Shown here in pieces: positions 38,890 through 50,741 of a stretch of DNA of 53,244 nucleotides. Location of the stretch: contig NC_069001.1 in the NCBI RefSeq assembly GCF_001194135.2, forward strand, positions 20,504,002 to 20,557,245, written 5' to 3'. Origin of the DNA: Octopus bimaculoides. Lineage: Eukaryota. The first letter of the stretch is position 1; each line of letters starts with the position of its first letter. Both the position numbers and the translations under genes were made by a program. The notes under the pieces are model-generated. The model had not been told where the DNA came from and made no database searches. It saw only the letters and a list, made by a program, of their open reading frames with translations.

Positions 38890-39165
38890 TATGCACATTA
38901 CTAAGATAGCAACAAAGTTCATACAACTGGTAGGATGGATACTGTATTTAAGTGTGGAAAGGTGATACGCGATCACGTCATAAACGTAATTCTACAGTTC
39001 TTAGTAAACTAATTTGGCATCTCAAAGACTCTAATAAACAATTTTCTTTAGATTGGAAAATTTTATCAGGATCATTTCCCTATGATAAAGGGAAATTATT
39101 CTGTCCTCTTTGTATGGACGAACAACTATTTATCCTCTTTTCCAAACATACATGTGTGACCATTT
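38890..39165 (+). mobile_element. Penelope-like GIY-YIG endonuclease C-terminal fragment
   Basis: RHKRNSTVLSKLIWHLKD...WKIL...CPLCMDEQLFIL. Confidence 0.75.
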
Positions 39166-39169
39166 TGGA

Positions 39170-40045
39170 ATCATAATGAACCGCACAACAGCCTACTATC
39201 CACAAGCCACCGGGTTAGTGGAGAGATTTTACCGCCGCCTGAAGGAATCCCTGACAACCAGACTTAACGGGCCCAATTTGGATTGATTAACTTCCATGGG
39301 TGATGCTGGGAATCCGCATTGCTCCAAAAGAAAATCTCTACAATTCCCCCACGGAAATATGTATGGTTCCCCTCATACAGTACCGGGTCTGACTTCGAAT
39401 ACGAAGTCAGACCCGGATGTCAAAAGGTACCTCGCTCAATTGAGAGACAGCGTAGGCCAGTTGCGCCCTATTTCCATATCAACATACGGCACACCCAGAT
39501 CATCCGTACCAAACGACCTCCACACAGCTAAATTTGTGTTCGTTCAACATGATACACGACCAAAACCCCTCCAGTCACCCTACGATGGTCCATATGAAGT
39601 TATATGCCCGGGAGACAAGTCATTTCAATTCCTAGTTGGCGGATGACAAGACACATGAAACCTGTTCATCTCGATATTGACAGCCCCATTCAGGTAGCTC
39701 AACCACCAAACAGAGGCCGCCCCAGGCAGATTGCACCAACCCTTGGCAAGGAACAATCACCAAAGAGCCGAGTAACCACACGCAAAGGCAGGACAATTAA
39801 AACGCCTTCCCGGTTCCAATGACAGTTAACATTTCTTGGGGGCAGGATTTAAGACAGACGTACTGTAGACAGGAACTTCGCTGTGGGCTAGCTATCGGGC
39901 TAGACTGCAGCAGGATTCGAAGAGATAGAAGTAACTGGTAGCTATCGCTTTGATGTACTTAAAGGAATAAATCTTTCACTAATACATTCTCATCTCCATG
40001 AGTTTATTTGTGTATAGCTTAACAAGACTATAAAGGATTATCAAT
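39170..40045 (+). mobile_element. Ty3/Gypsy integrase 3' fragment with polypurine tract and probable 3' LTR remnant
   Basis: RTTAYYPQATGLVERFYRRLK, LPWVMLGIR, PLQSPYDGPYEV, KPVHLD. A G-rich tract at ~39836-39846 is followed by ~200 bp containing AATAAA. Confidence 0.8.
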
Positions 40046-40218
40046 CCGGGCAAAACACTTTATAAATCTTCTGTTAGTACACCGGGCTTACAATATTGTT
40101 TAGATTAGTAAAGAATTCCGTGTATTCTTGTGGCAGGGCTTGAGGTTATAGTTCATAGCCATTCTATATAGTAAATCCATGCATGTGTTCCAGTTATGCT
40201 GGATTTTACACAGGGTGG

Positions 40219-40520
40219 TATACAAGACAAGGCATAAATAATGGTCATTTCGTATTACTATATTGTACTAAATTTGACTTATAGCTGTTTCCAGTAGCCT
40301 GATAGATTTACTCAATTGGCTCATTAATCGGTTGTTCTGCTTGACTCTAACAAAAGTAACATTAATTCTCTTGGTCATTCAATTTTCTCAACCGATTAAT
40401 AGGCCAGCTGAGTAAATCTATCAATAACGAACTTATAATGACTATTAGCAACAGCTGTAAGTCAAATTTAGTAAAATAGAGTAATATGTAAGGATCATTA
40501 TTTATGACTTGTCTTATATA
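40219..40520. mobile_element. MITE-like fold-back element, imperfect arms
   Basis: tatacaagacaaggcataaataatggtc versus gatcattatttatgacttgtcttatata; inner arms tgatagatttactca...ttaatcggttg / caaccgattaa...tgagtaaatctatca. Confidence 0.8.
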
Positions 40521-40705
40521 AGTGAGTGAGTACAAACACTTATGTAGAAATATTCGTGTGTAATCTTACCTGCGCTCTGTAGCTCAAGTTTCCAATAATA
40601 TGATACCTTGCCGTCATATAAGCGTTAATTACGTACGTTCAAATATCAGACTGACCACTATGGTCACCATATATATTTACAGGCGCAGGAGTGGATGTGT
40701 GGTAA

Positions 40706-41593
40706 CTTCGAGTTTTCACTTGAAAATAGCTGACAACAAAAACAAAACACAGCTTCTTTCGATGGAGAGTATATCATCCAAGTTCTCAAGATTCCCCCAA
40801 CCCCGTTTTGTAAAGTTAAAAAAAGAAAAACAGTTTCTTGACAGTTTTCTAGTCTCTCCTTTCAGTTTTATTATTTGTCCTGGACGTACTTCTTTGAATT
40901 CACTGCCAATATCTTGCACAGCCTTCGATCCTTGTTGCACAAAGATTTCCCGAACACCGTCACCGTGATTAAACTTAGCAGACCACATCCCAATGTCTTT
41001 CAAATTAATATTAGAGTTTTGTTCTTCAGTAGTTTGTACTAGATCAGCATCATCATCTTCTATTTTCTTTTCAAGTTGCACTTCATTAACATCATTTCCA
41101 TGATCTTCTACAGTAATACCAGTTTCATCTGGACGGTTGGGTCTGATGACAAATTTAATTATGGCACCTTCATTTCGCCTTTCTTCTTCTTCTTTCGTTT
41201 TTCTTCCTTTTTTTTTTTCGAAATGTTGCACCGCTATCCTTAATTCACTTCATCTCAAATTATATCAGTAATAGCGTAAATCTATATGAATAAAAGCAAA
41301 CAGAGTATAGACCAACCTAAAAAAAATAATCAACTTTCTGAATATCATCGACACACTGTCTTATCCAGTAACACACAACATTACTGTATTAACAATATTA
41401 TACTGTATATTACACAATATTAACACAAAAATACAAGTTTACTGATGATAAATTTAAATTTTAAGGAAATTTTAATAGCTACTATACATTATTAAAGTCT
41501 ATAATATTTATGGTGCATTTTTATTAATGATACTAATATTAATAAATACAAATAAATTGTGCCACTCTCCCCGCCCCCTCTTGGTACGCACTG
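40706..41593 (-). mobile_element. 5' remnant of a hAT transposon (ZMYM1-like, TTF-type zinc finger)
   Basis: Terminus CAGTGCGTACC at 41593-41583. SGATFRK start, DIGMW and, after a frameshift, LRTWMIYSPSKEAVFCFCCQLF. Confidence 0.8.
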
Positions 41594-41682
41594 GGCCGGT
41601 TTATGGGATAACCTTAAATTGCCCGTCCATAAAGCTAAGCTCTTTATGGACGTGACATCTAAGGTAATCTCGTAAAACGGCC
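41594..41682. repeat. 89-bp imperfect palindrome (possible miniature element)
   Basis: ggccggtttatgggataaccttaaattgcccgtccataaag / ctttatggacgtgacatctaaggtaatctcgtaaaacggcc, followed by tta. Confidence 0.7.
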
Positions 41683-41725
41683 TTATCTAACTTCTTATAT
41701 NNNNNNNNNNAAATATGTTGGATGA

Positions 41726-42034
41726 TGCAGTTGCAGTTCCATTATCCAAGGAAAGTGCTATATAGAATGGGTAGAGACGCTCCTTGTCCATGGTATGTAA
41801 ATTCCGATAGGAGTTCATATTTTGTTATTACAAATGGATAGTTTGGAGATATTAATTCCATGTGCTGTTCATTCAAAGGGGTCTTGTATAAACAGCACAT
41901 GGAATTAATATCTCCAAACTATCCATTTGTAATAACAAAATATGAACTCCTATCGGAATTTACATACCATGGACAAGGAGCCTCTCTACCCATTCTACAT
42001 AGCACTTTCCTTGGATAATGGAACTGCAACTGCA
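41726..42034. repeat. Inverted repeat, 144-bp arms (2 mismatches), 21-nt loop
   Basis: Direct comparison of 41726-41869 with the reverse complement of 41891-42034. Confidence 0.95.
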
Positions 42035-42262
42035 ACATATATTTTTATTTTTATTCTCTTATTTCCCTTTATACTTCCTATATCTCTCACTTTCCAAGAT
42101 AACTTCTCATATTGAACTCTATTATTTCCTTCTATTTAACTTTCTCATCGTCTCTGATGATGGGATATCCTTTATATCCCAGAAACAGCTGTAAGACTAC
42201 CTTTCTTTTTATAAATGCCCTAGTAATTTCACACTGCCTTGGCTTTATTGTCTCATTTTATT

Positions 42263-42308
<46 letters not shown>

Positions 42309-42806
42309 TCATGCAAACATTTTATTTGACATTTGTTAATCTTTCTATTTGATTTATTTTCTGTTTTTACTATAAAAGATTTTTATCTTTTTATTGTTTT
42401 TTTAACTTTCTTTAATCTATAAACGTCCCTTTTCTATGCTCTATTGGACGCTTTTAACCGAGCAGAGTATCGGAGGTTATCAGACTTTGAATATATCCCG
42501 AGTCACAAATTATGCTGAAACAATACTCCCTTCTGTGATTATCGAGAAGATGGTAGAAAAGGCGTGTGATTCGGTGTTCATTAAAATACCTGGTGGTTCG
42601 TACCTGGTGAAGAATCAGATTACATCATAAATTATGAAGTATCTGCACTCATAATAAGATTATTTTTCAGCCTCGGAATCGTACATGTGCTTAATTGCAT
42701 TTGTCCATTACCTTTGTATTGTATGTTATTTATCGCTTAATGCTCAACGTAAGTTGCTACTGAATCTGGAACCGTTAGTAAGATTACTCTATTAATTTTG
42801 ATATGC

Positions 42807-42875
<69 letters not shown>

Positions 42876-42972
42876 TATGCAGGGCAGGGAATCGTCAATT
42901 AGTAATAAAATTAATAATTAACAATTTTGCCGGGTAGCTCAGTATGAAAAAACCTTTTCGGTAAAAAACATT

Positions 42973-43199
42973 TATAATCATAAATATATAGGGATTGACA
43001 GTAACCTGCTTCTCCAACATACTGAGAATTCAGAAATAGCAGTCAAAGAACTACTGTTCTGTGTGTATCAAAAATATCGCTATCAATCTGGAGTAATAAT
43101 TTGTAGCTTTGAAATCAGTAGTTCTTTGACTGCTATTTCTGAATTCTCAGTATGTTGGAGAAGCAGGTTACTGTCAATCCCTATATATTTATGATTATA
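42973..43199. repeat. Perfect inverted repeat, 84-bp arms, 59-nt spacer (MITE-like)
   Basis: 42973-43056 equals the reverse complement of 43116-43199; TATA termini. Confidence 0.95.
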
Positions 43200-43214
43200 T
43201 ATATATATATATAT

Positions 43215-43350
43215 AGGACTTCTTTCTGTTTCAGTTTTCGTCTACCAAATCCACTCACAAAGCTCTAGTCGGCTCGAGACTATAGTAGGAGACATTTGCC
43301 CAAGGTGCCATGCAGTGGAATCGAACCCGGAACTACGTGGCTGGTAAATG
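43215..43350 (-). mobile_element. SINE family A, 5' half
   Basis: tcagttttcgtctaccaaatccactcacaa...cccaaggtgccatgcagtgg. Confidence 0.8.
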
Positions 43351-43679
43351 TGCAGGTATAGGTGTATGAATAAAAAAAGTGCACTTGTTTGTTTACATCT
43401 TTGCTAATCTACACTCTTCACTTAGTTTAGATTTCCCGCATCACAAAATCACCTACTGACTTTTCACCTTCGAAGAGGTGTGGACAAAGGGAGTCCTTAA
43501 ATGGAAAAAAGAAACAAAAAACAAACAAAAAAGACATAATGGCAACCACCTTTGAAAAAAAAAAAACATTCAATAATATATTTTTCTAACCCAAGCTAGC
43601 ATAGAAAAGGGGATATAAAACAAATAAACGAACGAATACACACGCACGCGCGTGTGTACATATATAGTGTCTGCAGTGG

Positions 43680-44816
43680 TGGTTAGACTGGGATCGATTG
43701 AGACATGTGGTTGATGAATAAGGCTGAAGTGCTCTTTCCAGCATTCGAGACAGGCGGTTTCTGTTGTGATGACGTTGCCATAGTATCCTTCCCCAGGGCT
43801 GTCCTGAACGGGGAACCGGTACGAGCTCTACAGAGCATGGTGAACACCAACCTGATGTCGTTGTTCCTTGCCTGCAGGTGCTCGGCTTCTTCCGCCCAAA
43901 ACTTCTCCCCGTCAACTGTGATGACCTTGTAAATCCGGTTGAGCTGGCGGTACTCATTCGTGTCGTCGTGCAAACGAGCCTTGCGACGGCATTTCTTTGC
44001 CTTTAGCGTTCGCAAGGAAATCCAGGGCTGCTTGGGAAGGGGTCTTGAGTTTACCAGGACGTCATGGGTAGACTGGTTGACGCTTGATTTGAAGATCTCT
44101 AAATTGTCACTCTCATCCTCGACCAGGGCACTGAAGCGAATATAGAAGCAATGTTGGGATCACGAAAATAAGAAGAGTCAGGGTGGGGCTGGTACTTGGT
44201 GGCACGATCTGTCCGCAACTTCAGCTTGAGTTTTGCAGCCAGCAATCTATAGTCGGTATTGCCGAGTTGAGCTCCTCTATAGACCCACCAGTTGGTGACA
44301 AATGATATCCAGCGGCGGGAGATGATGTGGTCGATCGCTATCCGGACCGTGCCAAGTCCAGCAATGGCTAAGTTTGTGGTAGAACCAGGTGTCGGCGATA
44401 TAGAGGTTGTTGTAGTGGCATAGGAATAGCAGACGATTATCATTGTCATTGGTAGATGGAGCGGCGAAAGTTGTGCCAATGGGTTGAGTTTGGAGTGGGT
44501 TGATTGAAGGGAGTCTGGGGTGAAAGGAGATTGGCGTCCGTCAAGATCGTTATGTCGTGGGGGGTGGGATTTGTCCTAAAACCTGTTGGGGTTGGTTGTA
44601 GTAATCATCCTTGACTGTGTCCTCTGCGACGTCTGTAGGCATCTTCTCGTGTCCATGGTGAAAACGGGCGGACAGCAAGCATAGCTCACCAGGTTGCAGC
44701 TGATGTGCGACTTGCAGACGTGCATGAGTGTAGTAGTCTCCTGCGATGAGCCCACCACTGCCGGGCCAGCGTGTTTCGCAGAGTCCTGCCAAGGTGATGT
44801 TGTAGCGGGGTAGCTC
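43680..44816 (-). mobile_element. RTE LINE (second, more GC-rich family): APE and linker remnant
   Basis: RELPRYNITLAGLCETRWPGSG, IDHIISRRW, TDYRLLAAKL, YRQLNR on the - strand. Confidence 0.8.
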
Positions 44817-45270
44817 TCGGACCGCCTTTATATCGTCTTCGTTGACCTCAAAGCGACATTCGACATGGTCGACCTCGCATCCCTCTGGAAAATTCTGAAG
44901 CTCGTCGGCGCGCCACTCTACGTCACTGTCCTGCCCCAATGGCAATGCCGAGAGCTGCGTGCGGGTGAACGGAAAGGATTCTGACTGGCTTCTCATCGAC
45001 AGCGGGGTCAGACAGGGCTGCGTGGCTTCCCCCCGACCTTTTCAACTGTGTCATCAATTATCTGATGATCAATCTTTGGGAGTGAGTTTCTGGCATTACC
45101 TACGGGAACTACCACTTTATCGACCGGGAGTGTGCGGACGATAACCACCCTAATCATCAACTCGATTGACCTGCTCAGGGACTCACTAACCAGATACTAA
45201 CCGAGAGGAATCAACAAAGCTTGGCCTTCAAGTGAGCTAGGCGAAGACCAAGCCGATGCATGTCGACATT
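44817..45270 (+). mobile_element. RTE LINE RT remnant, opposite strand to the adjoining APE part
   Basis: LYIVFVDLKATFD, LWKILKLVGAP, VRVNG, SGVRQGCV, ECADD. Confidence 0.8.
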
Positions 45271-45949
45271 GATATAAATATATATTTATTTATCGATATG
45301 TGTGTGTGTGTGTGTGTGTGTGTATGTACGTATGTTTGTATGTGTGCGTGAATAGTTGTATATGTGTATACATCCATACATATACTCATAAATATGCATA
45401 CACACATTCACATTTGTGAAAGAAATTTATCTCACAAAGGGAAACAATAAAAATGGGGAAAATGTGTTTCTTTTATACAAATTTGTCTATTCTACGGAGA
45501 AATGGATGAAAATAAAAAATCGGTGTTTCTTGAACACGGATTTCATTTGGCTATGGTTTGGCATCTGGCAAAAAGGATGTTCCTTAAATATAAAACGTCA
45601 TCTGTAAGCTATTTTTATCACAAATTTCAATATTTTTTCTGTTTTTGTAATTTTTTTGTCAATCACCTGAATATTTTGTAAAATTTTCATTGGATATTTT
45701 TGCAGTGAAATCCACCAATCTTTGCACTTTATAGCTTCCCTAATGAACATTCAAAATTAGCATGTTTACGTGTAAGAATAGAAACATGTACATCAGTTAT
45801 CAATAAAATCTGTATTCATAGCTTGCTCTTCTTTGCATTCTGTCTTTATTCAAATTCCTATTTGTTTAACTCTACTTTTTGTCTTTCTATCTGTCTGTCT
45901 GCCTATTGTTTGTTTGCAGAATGACTTCGATCTTTCCTACACCAGATCA

Positions 45950-47330
45950 GACTACATGTCTTCTATCTCAATGTCGGAGAAACTTCTGACAAACAAGACC
46001 CCTTCGAGGGCCTGAGTCACGGGTTATCTTATTTGACCCCTTCCTCGAGCCAGAGTTCAGCACTCTGGGCTACTTTACAAAATTTACTAAGGCAAGTTGA
46101 GCCAATTCAACCTCTGGAAAATTTAACATCACCTAGACAGAAATTTCTGCACTCCGGTTGCATTGCTCAATTGACAGAAAGCTGTGAGCTCTCGACTACT
46201 TGAGAGGAACTGGGAAAAACACATCTGAATGACGGCAGTCGCACATGTTTACCGTCAAGGAATTGATGCATCAACAGCATATCCAACCCTGCAACAGATA
46301 CTGACAACAAATGGGGTGTCTGACCAGTGGAATACGTCCTTCGATGAAAATCGAAGAGCAGACTCCAGTCTGCATGAACTGAAACAAGGCACGGTAGTCA
46401 GGCGATATTAAAAGACGTTGGGACGATATCATAAGATAGTGAGGCGATCTTGACGTTTGCCACCATTTTCCGACTTTTCGTAGATAGTTTTCTCTCAACC
46501 TATTTCTGAGCAAAGTAAGCCACTCTGCTCGTTTCCTTATCCTAATTCTTCCTCACTTGGAGATCTGGACCGAACCAACTGAAAGGAATTTAACAGTCCC
46601 ATCTGTCCAGCGCTCTACAACGTTTATGCCTCTCCAGATATCGAGCTGCAACGCCACCGACTTTACATCGCTGATTTTGCCCTGTTACCGTCTCGTACTC
46701 TGTTACAGCGGTTCCAATCCTCGGTATTCTTGATACCCAACGTTATTATAGTGGGCAACCATTCGCATATACCAGTGCAGAGCATCCTAGTTCGCGTTGG
46801 ATGCCCTTCAATGTTTCTAGTTTTTGGAATACTCACATGAAGAAGAAACGAAAGGAGGTAACCTCGAGGGACCGAGCATGTGATGCTGAATTGTTATGAT
46901 AGTTGAGCTGCCTTTTTCTCCCTGAACATCAAGCTGATATTGTTCTAAATTGCGGTGACCCAGCGAAGAAACCAGTTGCTTTGGGGACAGCCATCATGTG
47001 TTAGTGGTCTATCGAAAGCTTTCGAGTGATCTAAGTCATTTAGGACCCCGTCTGTGTCAGGTTCTTTATAGATCCTCTCTGAAGTAAAGGTTGTGATTGA
47101 TCTGTTCGGAACATTACATGTTTGCGTATCACCAAAAAGCTACTAGTCGGAATAGCCTTCACTGGTGGTCACGTCCAGACTCATCATCTTAGTTCCAGGA
47201 AGGTATATCGTATTTCGTAATCCAGATCTTCCCAAACAACACAGCGACTCTCCTTCATGATTTCCGTCCACTTGGAGATGCGTGCACCCGTGGCTGTCAT
47301 CGATGGTGTCTCGGAAATTATGTTCTCACT
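45950..47330 (-). mobile_element. Tx1/L1-clade ORF2 RT remnant
   Basis: QTCNVPNRSI, LNDLDHSKAFDR, KLETLKGIQRELG, ERWTDGTVK, WFGPDLQV, YRLTTVPC. Confidence 0.75.
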
Positions 47331-47339
47331 GATGGTCAC

Positions 47340-47700
47340 TGCATCTATGAACAGCGATCTATGGTAGTCGAGCAGGTGACTTTGCTTCCGAGACCATGAC
47401 CGTCGTGCTTTGCTCCGTATTATGTTTGACTAGATGGAACGCTTGCTCTTCCGCTTCTTGTAAAGGGAATGTGTCCTGCTGGTCAGACAGCCCATTTGCT
47501 GTCAGCATCCGCTGCGTGAAGGACTGGCATGCCCTGGCTGATGATACGCGCACATGTGTTGAGGCTGCTACAATTCAGTGCAGATGGGCAGTGCATGCTA
47601 GAATGCAATATGATCGCATTCTGAAAATTCTTTTGCATGGTCAACAAATAGAGGGATTTGTGGTAAAGGAAGACCCCCCTGCTAAGGTATCACGATAAGA
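47340..47700 (+). mobile_element. Second Tx1/L1 ORF2 fragment, opposite orientation
   Basis: MERLLFRFL...LVRQPICCQHPLREGL; shares gctgacagcaaatgggctgtctgaccag with 46300-46330. Confidence 0.65.
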
Positions 47701-48389
47701 GCAATCACTAAAATCCCGACAGCTTAATTTAACCTCTTGAGAAAGTTACGATCTAGATTGATCTATATGATGTAAAATGTATCATGATGCATCTAAACAA
47801 TTTGAGTTGAAGAAATAGAACAATAGAACTTTATCTTGTAATCAACAGACATATTTGTCGAATTCTAGGCAAAATCAAAATCATCATTGTGACCTCATAG
47901 CAAACTCCATCGCAAAGAGATGCAGTGTCTTTTTAAAACCCTTTTGAAAAAAATTTTAATCTTTTCTTTTAAATACTCATACATCGAAATCGATGCGAGT
48001 GACCATCATCATCGTCATTATTATTACAAAGACCATGGATTGACGAATCTGTAAAACATCTTACAGCACTTAATTCGATCCAAAATTGAAGACTTTAAGT
48101 CCAAGATCCCACTAGAAATGAGTTTTCATCATCCAACAGTTTAGATTCAGGTCACCCTTGATCAAGAACACATATGACCAAAGACATTCCAGTCATGATC
48201 ATCTCATCTCTCCTTTTCAGACATTTACCTTATCCAATACATTATCTCTTTTTTAAACATGACAGTGTGTCATTTTGCAGTTATTTTTGGAAGATCAGGC
48301 AACTAACGATCTTTCTGGCGTTGATGAAATCTGTACAAATTTAATGTCTAATTTCATTGAATATTAAAACTACTAAAATATATGTTTAA

Positions 48390-48399
48390 TTTATTTATT
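48390..48399 (-). promoter_or_regulatory. Candidate BDH2 polyadenylation signals (two overlapping AATAAA on - strand)
   Basis: The + strand reads tttatttatt about 90 nt beyond the stop codon. Confidence 0.45.
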
Positions 48400-48487
48400 C
48401 TCTATTGATTTTTACATTCACAAAAATTAGTGCTTTTGTTTTTTATAGTTGTAAGGATATTTCCAGAGACTGCTTAATCTTCACAGC

Positions 48488-48541
48488 TTATATGCTCCAA
48501 CCGCCATCAATGATAAATTCTTGACCTGTGACAAATGCGGA
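48488..48541 (-). CDS. BDH2: BDH2 terminal coding exon: SAFVTGQEFIIDGGWSI*
   Basis: Acceptor gtcttttcag, phase 0, TAA stop. Matches human SAYVTGNPVIIDGGWSL*. Confidence 0.95.
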   Translation of the reverse strand, partial: SAFVTGQEFIIDGGWSI

Positions 48542-48618
48542 CTGAAAAGACAATAGATATTATACTCAATATTCGCAAAATTTTTGGTATACTCAATGAT
48601 TTAAAATACTAACAATAT

Positions 48619-48620
<2 letters not shown>

Positions 48621-48696
<76 letters not shown>

Positions 48697-48720
48697 ACAA
48701 ATAATAATGATGATGATGAT
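48621..48720. repeat. (TAC)n then (GAT)n microsatellites in the last BDH2 intron
   Basis: Seen directly. Confidence 0.95.
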
Positions 48721-48828
48721 GCTTTTTTTTAACCACAAAGGGTTTATTTAAGAAAAGCATTAAGGAGGCACAGGGAAAAACGTTGAGTGTGTGTTGCTGT
48801 GAGGGTTTTGCGTTTAAACAGGTTTAAC

Positions 48829-48880
<52 letters not shown>

Positions 48881-48882
48881 AA
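48829..48882. repeat. (AAAG)n microsatellite
   Basis: Seen directly. Confidence 0.95.
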
Positions 48883-50741
48883 AGGAATAACATTTTAACA
48901 AATAAGGAGGATATGTTCGAGAGCTGCTCATGGAAAAATTGCATAAAACTACAGGTGCCCTGACTTCTGGGACTGGTGCTTTTTCTCAGTATTATCTCCG
49001 AATTACAGGCGTAAGCTCAGGGCAGGTGCGTTCACTCGCACCATGTTCACCACTCTCATCCACTTTTCAATAAAATGGCTGGAAGGCAACACTTCTCTCT
49101 CCTCCGTTATTTTTCTCTTCAAGTGAAACTTGAAAAAGTTGATGAGGGATTGACCAAAGAGGAAAGTGTTTGTCTTCAGCCCCTTCAATCGCGTCCATCA
49201 TATTCGCTATGACCACGTGGTATATAGAAATTGCCTGCTTTTCCCGGTTAAAAGAAGGCGGCAGGATTAACAATGGATTGAGCTGATAGCCGGATCTGTT
49301 CTACACACGATAGCAGGTGTCCGACGTAAACCGTTTTCTTAGAAACTATGGAGACCAATCAGGAATTCAATAAACACTGCTGGATTGTTTACGAGCAGTC
49401 CTATGAAGCGTTCCTCCTTTGGGGAATTTTTTTGTTATAACTTATTTTATTATCGTTCTCACTGTTAACACGCTTCATTTTACGTATTCCCCACATTGTA
49501 TTGTACGGTACCGTTCCCAATGCCTTTGGTGAACCTTTATTAGTGAATAAAGAAAACATTGTTGTTATTATTATTATTATCATTATAATTATTATTATTA
49601 CTACCAACAACATCGACAACAACAATAATAGTTTCAAATTTTGGCACAAGGCCATCAATTTTAGGGAAGGAGGACGAAAGTAAGTAACCATGTTTAAACA
49701 TAGTATTGGAAACGGCTGGAAACGCCAAAGTGCATCTTATGTGGGATTGCTATGATTATTTGCCCCGTTTTCTTTAAAACTATAGAGACCAGTCAGGAAT
49801 TCAATAAGCACAGAAATCAAATATGATATAGCTTTTATGGTAAATAATTAAAAAAAACACGCTTATTTGACGCAATATTCCACAGTAAAATATTTCTTAC
49901 ATGACAGCTAAAACAAATTCAGTGTTTACAGTACAGTGATTCTGAAGTAATTAAAACAATACATTTAAAACAAATAAAAATGGTGTCCTATACAAGTTTT
50001 GACTCTGCATGATCTACAAACTATAAACCATGCAGAGTAAAAATTTGGAAGAATTAACTGTGACATACATCATGAAGCTAGAACACAGGCTTTTTGAAAA
50101 AGTAGTGATGTTAATAGGAAAACAACAAGTTTTACGTAGAGTCTATTGAAAATCACATAACGATTAAAATATTTTTACAAAGGGAACGAATTAACAATCA
50201 ACTTGGTGCAACTCAAATACCCATTGAACTAACTGGGGAAGAGAGCAACAAGTGCAAATGTTTCTAGATAGGCTGTTAGATAACATAACATTTTTTCAGA
50301 TATGCTACGAATTTTTTCCTTGCAATTAATGAATTTCACAATCATTGAAGATGACCTGTCAGAAGAATGGAGAAAGTTTATAATAGCAGCAATACCAAAG
50401 AAAGGAAACAGTAGTTTTCCAGAAAACCGAAGAACATCATCATAAATTGTGCAGCGACGTAAAACCTTTCAGTTTGGCCAAAATAAAAATACGGAATACA
50501 CTCCGTAATTGAGAATATGCATCGACGTCTGCCACTGTTATAGAGTTTTCTCAGACATTTATTTGAATGTGTAAGCAGGGCAGAAATTCAAGATATCCTA
50601 AGTTTCTGTGATGTACCAAACTTTAGGTTCCTGTACGTAAAGTGCAATATACATGATCATACTATTTGCAATAGCAATGCATTTGAAACTTTCAGAACTA
50701 TTTAATCTAGTGCAGCTCTTCAAATAGAATATCATACGTAC

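Noticed and set aside
40716-41231. 171-aa ORF as a novel host gene
   Set aside because: It is the frameshifted N-terminus of a hAT transposase with its TIR 360 bp upstream.
24800-47700. Uni-strand (flamenco-like) piRNA cluster
   Set aside because: TE fragments lie on both strands without a strong bias; only small-RNA data could revive the idea.
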